Source: Candidatus Dadabacteria bacterium (GTDB taxonomy: Bacteria; Desulfobacterota_D; UBA1144; Nemesobacterales; Nemesobacteraceae). From it: a stretch of 64,000 bases of DNA. The notes beneath the pieces are model-generated. The model ran no database searches. It saw nothing but the letters and a program-made list of their open reading frames with translations, and had not been told where the DNA came from. Made by a program: the position numbers and the translations under genes. Shown here piece after piece: positions 32,000 through 40,998 of this stretch. Numbering within the stretch: the first letter of the stretch is position 1; every line of letters begins with the position of its first letter. Where the stretch lies: contig VXTZ01000003.1 of NCBI GenBank assembly GCA_009837205.1, forward strand, positions 2,263-66,262, read 5' to 3'.

Positions 32000-34900
32000 A
32001 TGGAGAAAGTTTCCAACTTCTTAGATCTTAACGAAGAGCAGTCCCTGATACTTCGCCCGGCAAGAAAAGTGGCGGTCAGGGCGGGAGCGGGCTCGGGAAA
32101 GACAAGAGCCATAATAGCTAGGTATCTGGGGATTCTGGAAGGGGGAGAAGCGGATATTCCTCAAATTGTGGCCGTTACCTTTACGGAGAACGCCGCTGCG
32201 GAACTGAGATCCAGAATAAGTTCCGAAATCACGAGATATATCAAGGATTACGGCCACAGGGGGAATATAGCCGAGGGTTGGCGCAGGAAGTTCTTCTCCG
32301 CTCCCATAGGAACTATCCACAGCTTCTGCTCAGGGATACTGAGGGAAAACGTCTTCGATTCAGGACTTCCGCTTAACTTCTCCGTAATTGAAGGTTCCGA
32401 AGAGGACGCTTTTTACGAACAGAATATCGGCAAGTTTCTTCTGATGAAGATCGGGGAAGACGATCCAAAGCTGAAGAGGCTTCTCGAGATGGAATCTTAT
32501 GATTACGCTCAGATTCTGAAGATCATAGCGATGATACTGAAAGAAGCGGCAAGGCTCCATATGACACCTCCTTTTTCCTACTGCGGAGAGAGACCCGGCC
32601 CCGAAAAGCCTCCCCCGGAAGCGCTTGAATCCATGGATAAAAGGCTTCGCGCGAGGATCGAGGACTATATCTCCGTTCTTTCGTCCCGTTCTGAGAGGAG
32701 AAAACAGGCTCTTCAGGACCTAAGCGGAAAAATAGACATGACTCTGGGTCTTGACCCAAATATCCGCTACCTGAAAGCCGTTTACGAAGAGGCGAGAAAT
32801 GAGATGAAAAAGTCCGAGGTTGAGCAGTCGAGGCTTGCGCTTGTTGATACGGTCTTTTCAGTCATGGGACATTATGATTCGGAAATCAACTCTATCTATC
32901 TTGATTTATCGGGCGACGCGTATGGTTTTCTTAGGCAGAGGAAAATCCTTGAGGAGAAAATAGAGTACGAGGACATGATACGTCTCACAATTGAACTCCT
33001 CGAAAAAAATCCTGAAATACTAGGCTATTACAGAAACTTCCTGAAGTTTATTATAGTTGATGAATTCCAGGACACCGATTCCCTTCAGCTCAGGTTGATG
33101 AACCTTCTCACAGACGGCGACTCCAGAGGCAGTCTTATTGTGGTCGGTGACGTGAACCAGTCCATCTACGGCTTCAGGGGGGCCGAGCCCGAGACGTTCG
33201 GGAAGATACTTCAGGCCGGGGATTTCGAGAAGATATCCTTTGCGGCCAATTACCGCTCTCGCGGCAGTCTCATAGACTTTTTCAATGTTTTTTTCGCCGA
33301 CACTTTTCCCAAAGGATATTACGAAGAGATGACAGCCCCCGTACCTAAGAGTGGTTCCGGTATCTCGGTGGAAATCATCGCGTGCGAAGGAGCGAAGCCC
33401 GATGCGGCTATTGAACTTGAGGCCCGCGCCGTGGCGTCGAGGATAAAGGAGGTACAGAAGGAATCTCCGGAAGAAATTGCTCTTCTGTTCAGAAGGTCTT
33501 CAAACGTCTCTGTCTACGAGAAGGCCCTTGCGCGGGAGGGTATCAGGTTCCAGTCACGCATAGGGCGCGGTTTCTACGATCTTCCCGAGGTAAGGGACGT
33601 CATGTCCATGCTCAGATACCTGCTTGATCCTCAGGACCTGCTGGCCTGGGCGTCTGTGCTCAGGTCTCCTTATTTCGGGGCGTCGGATGACGAGCTTTTC
33701 TCCCATTTCCGGGTAGGGGGAGGAGAAAACGGCTCCAGGGTCGGGCAATACCTTCGTTTTCTTGATGAAAAAAGAAGGGAATACGTTAACGGAGATGCAT
33801 TCGGGGCGGTCGATTTTGCTGTAAACGGGCTTGGTTATTCCTCCGCGGCTCTGGCGCTCCCGGACGGCAAGGCCAAATACCTCAACCTCAAAAAAGTTCT
33901 TCTGATGGCAGAGAATCTGGTCTCACACAAGGGATACGGGCTTTGCCAGGTGGTTGAGCACTTTGATTCCATGCGCGGAAGTTATGAAGAAGAGCAGGTT
34001 TTTGAGGAAACAGACGACAGCGGGGTAGTGAAGCTTATGACGGTTCACGGGGCGAAGGGGCTTGAGTTTCATACCGTTTTTCTCTGCAACACTAACTACA
34101 GAAGGGTCGTGCCGTCTGAAAGGGTGATGGCGGATATCGAAAAAGGTTTTGTAGTCAGATATCCGGCCTCCTCTTCGGATAACTGGGAAGAGCTTAAATC
34201 CCGCGTCGAGAGAAAAGAAACCGAGGAGGAGAGAAGAGACCTCTACGTGGCCATGACCCGGGCCAAGGAAAGACTTTTCATATGCTTAAGCGGCCGCCGT
34301 CTGGCCAAGGAAGACCGGATCCAGGTGGAAAAGGGAAGCTTCGCCGAACTTATTGATTCGAAGCTCTCCCTCTCTTCCCGGTGTCTTGAGGAACCGCAAG
34401 GATTTACAGACGACACATGGGGAATTTCTTTCCCGGGTCTCTACGAGGGAGAAGCTTCAGAAGAACCTGACTCAGCCTCGGATACTCCATCCGTGGAAAC
34501 GAAAACTCCTTTACGGCTTAAATACATGGAACCCACATACGGCAGGGAAGATAAGCCAAAGCGGGTGGAGATCTCCCCGCTTCCAGACCTGTTTTCTCCT
34601 ACTGACCGCTTAAAGGATCCGGAGAGAGTGGGGAGCATAATGCACAGGTTCCTTGAGGTCTGGGATTTCAGGGAGGAAACGGCCGAGAAAGAGATTGAGT
34701 TCGTTCTGGGGGAATTCCTCGTCTCAAACCCGAATATGAAGGAACTGCTGCTGGAACTTTCCTCGAATTTTCTAGAGTCCGAGCTCTTTTCCTTTATAGG
34801 CGAGGCTCGGGAAATCAGAAGAGAGCTTAAATTTGTCTTTGATCCCGGTGAGGGTGCTTCGAGAAGGGGCAGAATAGACCTTCTGACGGAAGAGGATGGG

Positions 34901-35071
34901 GGAATGCGTCTTTTCGACTACAAGTACAGAAAATCGATGAATGAAGACGCCCGTGAGGCTTACGAAGAGCAGATGGACGGTTACCGCGAAGCCATACGCT
35001 CAAGATTCGAAAAACCACTGCTTTCGCGCCACATAGTTCTTATCCCGCAGGTTGAGCTTGTCTCCATATAA
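32000..35071 (+). CDS. addA: helicase-nuclease subunit A (AddA/RecB-like; UvrD-family SF1 helicase plus C-terminal nuclease)
   Basis: Walker A GAGSGKTRAI, UvrD motifs (IIVDEFQDTD, YRSRGSLIDFFN, TVHGAKGLEFHTVFL, VAMTRAKERLFI). C-terminal PD-(D/E)XK motif GRIDLLTEEDGGMRLFDYKY; 1023 aa. Confidence 0.9.
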   Translation: MEKVSNFLDLNEEQSLILRPARKVAVRAGAGSGKTRAIIARYLGILEGGEADIPQIVAVTFTENAAAELRSRISSEITRYIKDYGHRGNIAEGWRRKFFSAPIGTIHSFCSGILRENVFDSGLPLNFSVIEGSEEDAFYEQNIGKFLLMKIGEDDPKLKRLLEMESYDYAQILKIIAMILKEAARLHMTPPFSYCGERPGPEKPPPEALESMDKRLRARIEDYISVLSSRSERRKQALQDLSGKIDMTLGLDPNIRYLKAVYEEARNEMKKSEVEQSRLALVDTVFSVMGHYDSEINSIYLDLSGDAYGFLRQRKILEEKIEYEDMIRLTIELLEKNPEILGYYRNFLKFIIVDEFQDTDSLQLRLMNLLTDGDSRGSLIVVGDVNQSIYGFRGAEPETFGKILQAGDFEKISFAANYRSRGSLIDFFNVFFADTFPKGYYEEMTAPVPKSGSGISVEIIACEGAKPDAAIELEARAVASRIKEVQKESPEEIALLFRRSSNVSVYEKALAREGIRFQSRIGRGFYDLPEVRDVMSMLRYLLDPQDLLAWASVLRSPYFGASDDELFSHFRVGGGENGSRVGQYLRFLDEKRREYVNGDAFGAVDFAVNGLGYSSAALALPDGKAKYLNLKKVLLMAENLVSHKGYGLCQVVEHFDSMRGSYEEEQVFEETDDSGVVKLMTVHGAKGLEFHTVFLCNTNYRRVVPSERVMADIEKGFVVRYPASSSDNWEELKSRVERKETEEERRDLYVAMTRAKERLFICLSGRRLAKEDRIQVEKGSFAELIDSKLSLSSRCLEEPQGFTDDTWGISFPGLYEGEASEEPDSASDTPSVETKTPLRLKYMEPTYGREDKPKRVEISPLPDLFSPTDRLKDPERVGSIMHRFLEVWDFREETAEKEIEFVLGEFLVSNPNMKELLLELSSNFLESELFSFIGEAREIRRELKFVFDPGEGASRRGRIDLLTEEDGGMRLFDYKYRKSMNEDAREAYEEQMDGYREAIRSRFEKPLLSRHIVLIPQVELVSI

Positions 35072-35079
35072 GAGTTCCA

Positions 35080-35771
35080 TGGAAAAAACGGTCGTGATAA
35101 TCCCGGCGCTTAACGAAGAGCGCTCCATAGGGCAGGTGATTGGGGATATTCCCCGGGACCTCGTTACGGAGACAGTGGTCGTTAACAACGGCTCGACCGA
35201 CTCCACAGCAAGCGTTGCCTCGGGTTGCGGGGCTACGGTTATAGATGAAGAGAGGAGGGGGTATGGGCAGGCATGTCTTGCAGGGATAGATTACATTAAA
35301 AGTTCTTCGTATCCACCTGATATCATAGTGTTTTTGGATGGAGACTATTCTGATTATCCGGGAGAAATGAAAAACCTCGTCTCACCGATAATCGAGGACG
35401 GATACGATCTCGTCATAGGGTCAAGGACCATCGGCGAAAGACAGAAAGGGGCGCTTCTGCCCCAGGCCCTTGTGGGCAACTACGTGGCTACTAGGCTTAT
35501 AAAACTGTTTTACGGAGTGAGCTTTACCGACCTTGGTCCCTTCAGGGCCGTAAGATACGACAAGCTCCTTTCTCTTGGCATGAGAGACAGGACTTTCGGA
35601 TGGACGGTTGAGATGCAGGTAAAGGCCGCCAAGAAAGGACTTCGCTGCACCGAGATTCCGGTGAGTTACAGGAAGAGAATAGGAACTTCAAAGGTAACCG
35701 GAACAATCACGGGAAGCTTTATGGCCGGGGTGAAGATCATCTGGATGATATTCAGGCAGCTTCTTTCATAG
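35080..35771 (+). CDS. family 2 glycosyltransferase (polyprenol-phosphate sugar transferase / Dpm1-like)
   Basis: VVIIPALNEERSI...VVVNNGSTDSTA...FLDGDYSDYP...DLGPFRAV motifs typical of GT2 (DxD = DGD). The track ORF starts earlier at 35052 and overlaps the addA end. Confidence 0.8.
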
Positions 35772-35786
35772 GGTTTCTTGCTGGCG

Positions 35787-35860
35787 CGTCCCCGGCAGGA
35801 TTCGAACCTGCGGCCTCAGGATTAGGAATCCTGCGCTCTATCCAACTGAGCTACGGGGAC
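35787..35860 (-). tRNA. tRNA-Arg (anticodon CCT)
   Basis: Minus-strand cloverleaf: GTCCCCG-TA-GCTC/AGTTGGATA/GAGC-G-CAGGA/TTCCTAA/TCCTG-AGGCC-GCAGG/TTCGAAT/CCTGC-CGGGGAC-G. All stems are Watson-Crick; anticodon loop TTCCTAA gives CCT. CCA is not encoded. Confidence 0.85.
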
Positions 35861-35899
35861 ACAGAAGGGAAAATGAGTCTACCCGCTTAGGTCTCTGCT

Positions 35900-36709
35900 T
35901 CAAGGGAAAGCGAATCTTATCTCAAAGACCTCGGACCAGTTCTTTCCGGTGATAAGGAAAGTACGGGAGGAGGATTTCCAGGCGATTCCATTTAGCACTC
36001 CGGCCTCGTGCGCGAAACTGAGTCTTTCCCTGAGTTCCCCTAGGTTTATCCGTCTCTCCACCATGCCGCTGTAGGAATCTACGACCACTATATCGTCCGA
36101 GTTCCATATGTTGCAGTAGATTTTTCCATCCACATATTCAAGCTCGTTAAGCATGGTAACTGCCGATCCATTCTCCTTTACGCTTAACACTTTTGTTATC
36201 CCGAAGTTCCTAGGGGAAAGAAAATACAGTTTTTCGGTTCCGTCGCTCATTATGAGTTGAGTTCCGTCGTCTGTAAGTCCCCAGCCTTCGGTGAAGTAGG
36301 TAAACGACCCTTTCTGCTGCAGGCTCTCTTTGTCGTATATGAAGCCCTGTCTGGACCTCCAGGTGAGCTGGTATATGCTGTCGCCTATTATGGTAAGACC
36401 TTCGCCGAAAAACCTCGCGGGAAGGTTCACCCTTACAAACACTGCTCCCGTGACCGGGTTGATCTTTCTAAGAGATGAGTTTCCGTAAAGCCCGGTACTT
36501 TCATAAAGAAAACCATCTCTGTAGACAAATCCCTGAGTGAAGGCAGTCAGGTCGTGGGGGAAAGAGTAGAGTACATTGAAAGCAGTCCCAACGGGATAAT
36601 TTCCCTTGTTTTCCGTCGTGAAACATGAGGAAAAAATAAGGAGAAAGAGGCAGACAAGACCTGCCACGCCCGCAAGGGGATTTATTCGTTTATGATGCTC
36701 CTTCCCCAC
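35900..36709 (-). CDS. glutaminyl-peptide cyclotransferase (plant/bacterial-type five-bladed beta-propeller), lipoprotein
   Basis: Near-collinear with papaya/bacterial glutaminyl cyclase (FPHDLTAFTQGFVY, ESTGLYGNSSLR, FGEGLT, GWGLTDDG, SDGT..LYF, LNELEY..G.I.ANIW, VLNGIAW, ITGK.W...FEI). N-terminal signal peptide with Cys. Confidence 0.85.
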   Translation of the reverse strand: MGKEHHKRINPLAGVAGLVCLFLLIFSSCFTTENKGNYPVGTAFNVLYSFPHDLTAFTQGFVYRDGFLYESTGLYGNSSLRKINPVTGAVFVRVNLPARFFGEGLTIIGDSIYQLTWRSRQGFIYDKESLQQKGSFTYFTEGWGLTDDGTQLIMSDGTEKLYFLSPRNFGITKVLSVKENGSAVTMLNELEYVDGKIYCNIWNSDDIVVVDSYSGMVERRINLGELRERLSFAHEAGVLNGIAWKSSSRTFLITGKNWSEVFEIRFAFP

Positions 36710-36943
36710 AGGGCTTATTCTAAGCCATAAATACTTTTTTTGAAACTTCGAATTATATAGAATCCTACCAAGCTCTTAGGTTTTGATTTTCCCTCCTGCA
36801 TTCCATAGAGCGCGTGCTTAATGTTCTTTGACCTTTCCCCATGTATTTATTGCATTTCAACTTCAGCCTTGATTTAATAAAATGGCTGTTGGCCGTCATT
36901 GTTATTTAAGTTCGGTAAAAAAATTATTGGAGAGGTAATTAGC

Positions 36944-38389
36944 GTGAAGATTAAAATACACGGGATTTTCTTAAGTCTGTTTTTTGCACTTGGTGTTAGT
37001 TTCTTATTCGGCACCGACGCGTCCGCTCATGAATACAGGGGTTATTCCCATAGTCCAGACCTCGATATAAGTGTGGAAAACGTTGGTGTTGGAGACGAGG
37101 CTTCCATAGAGAAAATGGCCCGTCACCTGGCAGAGCACATCGCACTGGTTCAGGAGGACTCAAACCTTAGTCGCCCGGAGCAAGCCAGAGAGTTAGTGAT
37201 ATTGGGACAACGGACGAGAGAGCTGGGAGTCTTCAATAATGGTGAAGTCTACTCCATCCTTGTAAACCCCGAGGGATATATAGTGAACCATGGATTGTAT
37301 CCCGACCTGCATTTCAAAAAATATTTTCCTTCCTTTGAGTTTAGAAATGGAGACGGCATGACGACCACAACCATGGAGACTCTGCTCGACAGCGAGGAAC
37401 CGACATGCGTAGATTACCACTATGACGGAGAAGATAGAATGGTATGTGCAATGAGCGTGGACATCTTCTCCTCCGGTGGCCGTACAATCAATGTAGTGGG
37501 TTTCCATCACGCAAGGGATGACTACAATCTAATCGAGAGGGACAATCCTAACTGTAATGATCCCCTGTTCAGCCTTCCTGTTACCGCAAAGCAGGTTAAC
37601 GATGAACAAGATCCGCAAGAGAAGGAAGAATCGCTTGTACAGTATGTGAAAGCAGTTGCCGAGGGATTGAAGGCACGCCAGGACAGGATAGCACTGCAGC
37701 TATTGAGAGATGAACCCGGACTCGTCTCCATTGCCACAGGGCTTGTTCCGGGCAGCACACCGGAACAGGTACAGTCTGCGGAGGAAGAACTCGGAGAAAA
37801 ATCTGTCCGGATAGCTCTCAGTACAACAGGCTGTCTTGCCAGAGGAGATTACGGGGAGGGTTCTATATATCCCTTCATGCTGTCTCCCGAGGACGGCACC
37901 GCAGTCATAAACGGGCTCGATTTCCATCTCTATGGACTAAGCGTCTCATTAACCGACCCTGACCCGATTCAGTGCGACGGAGCAAATATTCTGGAAGCTT
38001 TTCGCAATGCAGTGACAGATGGAAGCGGGGACCTGGCAGATTTGGCAGTGGGGAATCACGGTTTCGTCACATATCATTGGGACCATCCCGAGACTCTTGA
38101 GGACAACAACGAGGGCTATCTTGAAAAAAACGAAGTCCCGGGTTTCTCTATAAAGAAAGGCTATATTGAGGTGATAGACGTAACACCACCTTTTGCTCCT
38201 TCGGATACTCCCCCGTCTTGGCGTATCGTCGGTTCAGGAATTTATCTCGACAACGCAGAATATTGCAAAGAAGATGACGAAGGGTGCGCAATTGCCGCAA
38301 CCACCCATACGCCTCAAAGTAATTTGCTTAACCTGTTTTTGATAGCATTTGTCTTGTTCTCGGCCGTTTTTCTGAGAAAACATATTTAG
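36944..38389 (+). CDS. secreted protein with tandem Cache-like (sCache_2-type) sensor domains and a C-terminal hydrophobic anchor; function unknown
   Basis: GTG start after GGAGAGG. Signal peptide (IHGIFLSLFFALGVSFLFGTDASA). Two repeats with Cache-like patterns (GEVYSILVNPEGYIVNHGLYPDLHFKKYF...; GFVTYHWDHPETLEDNNEGYLEKNEVPGFSIKKGYIEVIDVT...SWRIVGSGIYLD). Ends ...GCAIAATTHTPQSNLLNLFLIAFVLFSAVFLRKHI. AT-rich relative to neighbours. Confidence 0.55.
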   Translation: MKIKIHGIFLSLFFALGVSFLFGTDASAHEYRGYSHSPDLDISVENVGVGDEASIEKMARHLAEHIALVQEDSNLSRPEQARELVILGQRTRELGVFNNGEVYSILVNPEGYIVNHGLYPDLHFKKYFPSFEFRNGDGMTTTTMETLLDSEEPTCVDYHYDGEDRMVCAMSVDIFSSGGRTINVVGFHHARDDYNLIERDNPNCNDPLFSLPVTAKQVNDEQDPQEKEESLVQYVKAVAEGLKARQDRIALQLLRDEPGLVSIATGLVPGSTPEQVQSAEEELGEKSVRIALSTTGCLARGDYGEGSIYPFMLSPEDGTAVINGLDFHLYGLSVSLTDPDPIQCDGANILEAFRNAVTDGSGDLADLAVGNHGFVTYHWDHPETLEDNNEGYLEKNEVPGFSIKKGYIEVIDVTPPFAPSDTPPSWRIVGSGIYLDNAEYCKEDDEGCAIAATTHTPQSNLLNLFLIAFVLFSAVFLRKHI

Positions 38390-38412
38390 ATAGAGCGAGC
38401 GAAACAAAGGAA

Positions 38413-38430
38413 CCGGGAATTTTCTCCCGG
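38413..38430 (+). terminator. hairpin CCGGGA-ATTTTC-TCCCGG downstream of the Cache-protein gene (no U-tract)
   Basis: 6-bp GC-rich stem 24 nt after the stop codon; weak candidate terminator. Confidence 0.3.
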
Positions 38431-38455
38431 CTGAATATAACCTCTGAACTTCCCC

Positions 38456-38483
38456 TTGACAGCACACAGGTTTTTGCTAGAAT
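38456..38483 (+). promoter_or_regulatory. sigma70-like promoter for the mntR-metal transporter operon (TTGACA-16 nt-TAGAAT)
   Basis: TTGACA at 38456..38461 and TAGAAT at 38478..38483, ~85 nt upstream of the mntR start. An imperfect dyad TTTAGACAAGACTAAA at 38494..38508 lies immediately downstream and is a candidate operator. Confidence 0.45.
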
Positions 38484-38567
38484 TAAAAACAAATTTAGAC
38501 AAGACTAAAATAATTTTTTGCCTGTCTGAATCTTAAGCGGCTTTTGCTGGGATAAAGAGAAAAAAAG

Positions 38568-39227
38568 ATGCTTTCACAATCAATAGAGGATTACCTGAAG
38601 ACCATTTACGAGGTTGAGACTTCCGAGGGAAAGGTTTCGACCAGTGCGCTTTCTGAAAAACTGGGCGTGTCTCCGGCTTCAGTGACGAGCATGGTGAAAA
38701 AGCTCTCGGAGAAAAAGCTCATAACCCACAAGCGCTACCAGGGAGTGAAGCTTACTCCCGCTGGCAGGAAAATAGCTCTTGAGATAATCAGACATCACCG
38801 GCTTATCGAGCTTTACCTCAAGGAGGCGCTAGGTGTTCCCTGGGACCAGGTGCACCAGGAAGCCGAGAAATGGGAACACGTGCTCTCAGAGGATCTTGAA
38901 GACAGGATCGACAAGTTTCTTGGTTATCCTGTCACCGACCCGCACGGCTCACCGATCCCGCGCCGAGACGGCACAATGATCGTGAGGGAGTGCGACGCTC
39001 TTGTGGATGTGGAGCCGGATACCTTGGTGAGAGTGGTTGAAGTGAGCGATCATGACCCGGAACTGCTTCGTTACCTGGGCGGGATAGGTCTTTATCCCGA
39101 GACCGAGATGACGGTTGTTTCGAAGCAGCCTTTTAAGGGCCCCATAATCGTTGAGCTGACCGGGAAGGAATATCCCATAGGGCGAAACGCTGCCAAGTAC
39201 ATACTGGTTGAGAAAGCGAACAACTGA
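38568..39227 (+). CDS. mntR: DtxR/MntR-family metal-dependent transcriptional repressor (wHTH, dimerisation and SH3-like/FeoA domains)
   Basis: N-terminal IEDYLKTIYEVETSEGKVSTSALSEKLGVSPASVTSMVKKLSEKKLI... is the DtxR wHTH; metal-site residues (HHRLIELYL, EAEKWEHVLSED) are present. The C-terminal ~70 aa form a FeoA-like domain. 219 aa. Confidence 0.85.
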   Translation: MLSQSIEDYLKTIYEVETSEGKVSTSALSEKLGVSPASVTSMVKKLSEKKLITHKRYQGVKLTPAGRKIALEIIRHHRLIELYLKEALGVPWDQVHQEAEKWEHVLSEDLEDRIDKFLGYPVTDPHGSPIPRRDGTMIVRECDALVDVEPDTLVRVVEVSDHDPELLRYLGGIGLYPETEMTVVSKQPFKGPIIVELTGKEYPIGRNAAKYILVEKANN

Positions 39228-39238
39228 GAGAGGAAAAA

Positions 39239-40222
39239 ATGAGAATGATAACGGGCATAAGGTTCTTTCTGCTTTCTGCGCTGCTGGTGCTCTGCGGAGC
39301 CTGCGCTGAAAGCAGCGGAAGCGTAAAAAGAGAAGGCACGATAAAAGTGGTTACTACCACCGCTATGATCGGAGACCTGGTCAAGAACGTCGCCGGGGAA
39401 AAAGCGGAGGTCGTCTCGCTTATGGGAACCGGGGTTGACCCGCATCTTTACAAGGCGAGCGCCGGGGACGTGGAAAAGCTTGCCGGAGCCGACATGATTT
39501 TTTATAACGGCCTTCACCTTGAGGGAAAGATTACGGATGTTCTTGCGCAGATGAAAAAAAGCGGCATATTCACCGTGGGCGTCGCGGAGGGAATCGACAA
39601 GTCCCTGCTTCTTTCTCCCGAGGAATACGAAGGATACTACGATCCGCATATCTGGTTTGATGTCACTCTGTGGAAAAAAGCGGCCAAGATTGTCATGGAG
39701 GCTTTCTCACTCTACGACCCGCAAAACGCCGGTATCTACAAGCAGAACGCCGAATCCTATCTCAAAGAACTGAGCCTTTTACAGTCTTACATACAGAAGA
39801 AGATAGCCTTGTTGCGCCACGAAAGAAGGGTGCTTATAACGGCCCACGACGCTTTTAATTATTTCGGAAGAGGTTACGGATTTGAGGTAATGGGGCTTCA
39901 GGGAATAAGTACCGATTCTGAAGCGAGCGTTGCGGATATACAGAATCTCTCAAGGGTAGTTGCCGAGCGAAAAATTCCGGCAGTTTTCGTTGAAACTTCC
40001 ATCTCTCCCAGATACATGCGTGCCCTTCGGGCCTCGGTGAAGGCAAGAGGTTTTGATGTCCGGATAGGCGGCAGTCTTTACTCGGACTCGATGGGGAGCC
40101 CGGGAACAGAAGAGGGCAGCTACATAGGGATGTTCAGAAGCAACGTGGATACTATCGTGGAATCCCTCAGCCGCAGTATCGAGGTTGCCGATTCCAAAGT
40201 CGAAGCCGCCGGAGATGGGTAA
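39239..40222 (+). CDS. metal ABC transporter substrate-binding lipoprotein (cluster A-I; TroA/MntC/ZnuA family)
   Basis: Signal peptide with Cys (VLCGAC). IKVVTTTAMIGDLVKNVAG...DPHLYKAS...DPHIWFD metal-site His/Asp motifs; 327 aa. Confidence 0.85.
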   Translation: MRMITGIRFFLLSALLVLCGACAESSGSVKREGTIKVVTTTAMIGDLVKNVAGEKAEVVSLMGTGVDPHLYKASAGDVEKLAGADMIFYNGLHLEGKITDVLAQMKKSGIFTVGVAEGIDKSLLLSPEEYEGYYDPHIWFDVTLWKKAAKIVMEAFSLYDPQNAGIYKQNAESYLKELSLLQSYIQKKIALLRHERRVLITAHDAFNYFGRGYGFEVMGLQGISTDSEASVADIQNLSRVVAERKIPAVFVETSISPRYMRALRASVKARGFDVRIGGSLYSDSMGSPGTEEGSYIGMFRSNVDTIVESLSRSIEVADSKVEAAGDG

Positions 40223-40998
40223 TGAGCAGCGGAGAGCAGAATCCGGCCGTTCCGGCAGTCCGTGTGACGGACCTTACCGTCGCTTACGGCGACAAGACCG
40301 TTCTCTGGGATATAGACCTTGAGATTCCAAGCGGGTCGATGGTCGCCGTCGTGGGACCAAACGGCGCCGGCAAGACAACCCTGATAAAATCCATCCAGGG
40401 ACTTGTTCCGCGCGTTGCGGGAGTCGTCTCCATCCACGGCAAACCTTACGAGAAACAGAGGAAGGAAGTGAGTTACGTTCCCCAGAGAGGTTCTGTGGAC
40501 TGGGATTTTCCCACCTCCGTAGTGGATACGGTGAAAATGGGGAGTTACGGAGACTTGGGATGGATAAGGCGTCCCGGAAAAAAGGAGCATGAAAAGGCGC
40601 TCAGCGCCCTTGAAAAAGTCGATATGCTTGAGTTTGCCCAGAGGCAGATAAGCCAGCTCTCCGGAGGGCAGCAGCAGAGAGTTTTTCTCGCAAGAGCCCT
40701 TGTTCAGAGCGCGTCGGTTTACCTTCTGGATGAACCTTTCCAGGGAGTTGACGCTACGACCGAAAAAGCGATAGTCAGGATACTGAAAGAGCTTGCCGCT
40801 GGGGGAAAGACTGTGCTTGCGGTTCATCACGATCTTAACACCGTTTCCGAGTACTACGAGCGAATCGCCATTCTGAACGTGGGGCTTGTGGCCTCGGGGA
40901 GGGTGGATGAGGTCTTTAATTCCGAGAATCTCATGAAGGCTTACGGAGGCAAGACCTCCTTTTTCCCCGAAAGAAAATCGGCCAAAAGGGCAGTGTGA
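40222..40998 (+). CDS. metal ABC transporter ATP-binding protein
   Basis: Walker A GPNGAGKTT, signature LSGGQQQRV, Walker B VYLLDEP, H-loop; 258 aa. Start overlaps the binding-protein gene's stop. Confidence 0.9.
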   Translation: MSSGEQNPAVPAVRVTDLTVAYGDKTVLWDIDLEIPSGSMVAVVGPNGAGKTTLIKSIQGLVPRVAGVVSIHGKPYEKQRKEVSYVPQRGSVDWDFPTSVVDTVKMGSYGDLGWIRRPGKKEHEKALSALEKVDMLEFAQRQISQLSGGQQQRVFLARALVQSASVYLLDEPFQGVDATTEKAIVRILKELAAGGKTVLAVHHDLNTVSEYYERIAILNVGLVASGRVDEVFNSENLMKAYGGKTSFFPERKSAKRAV

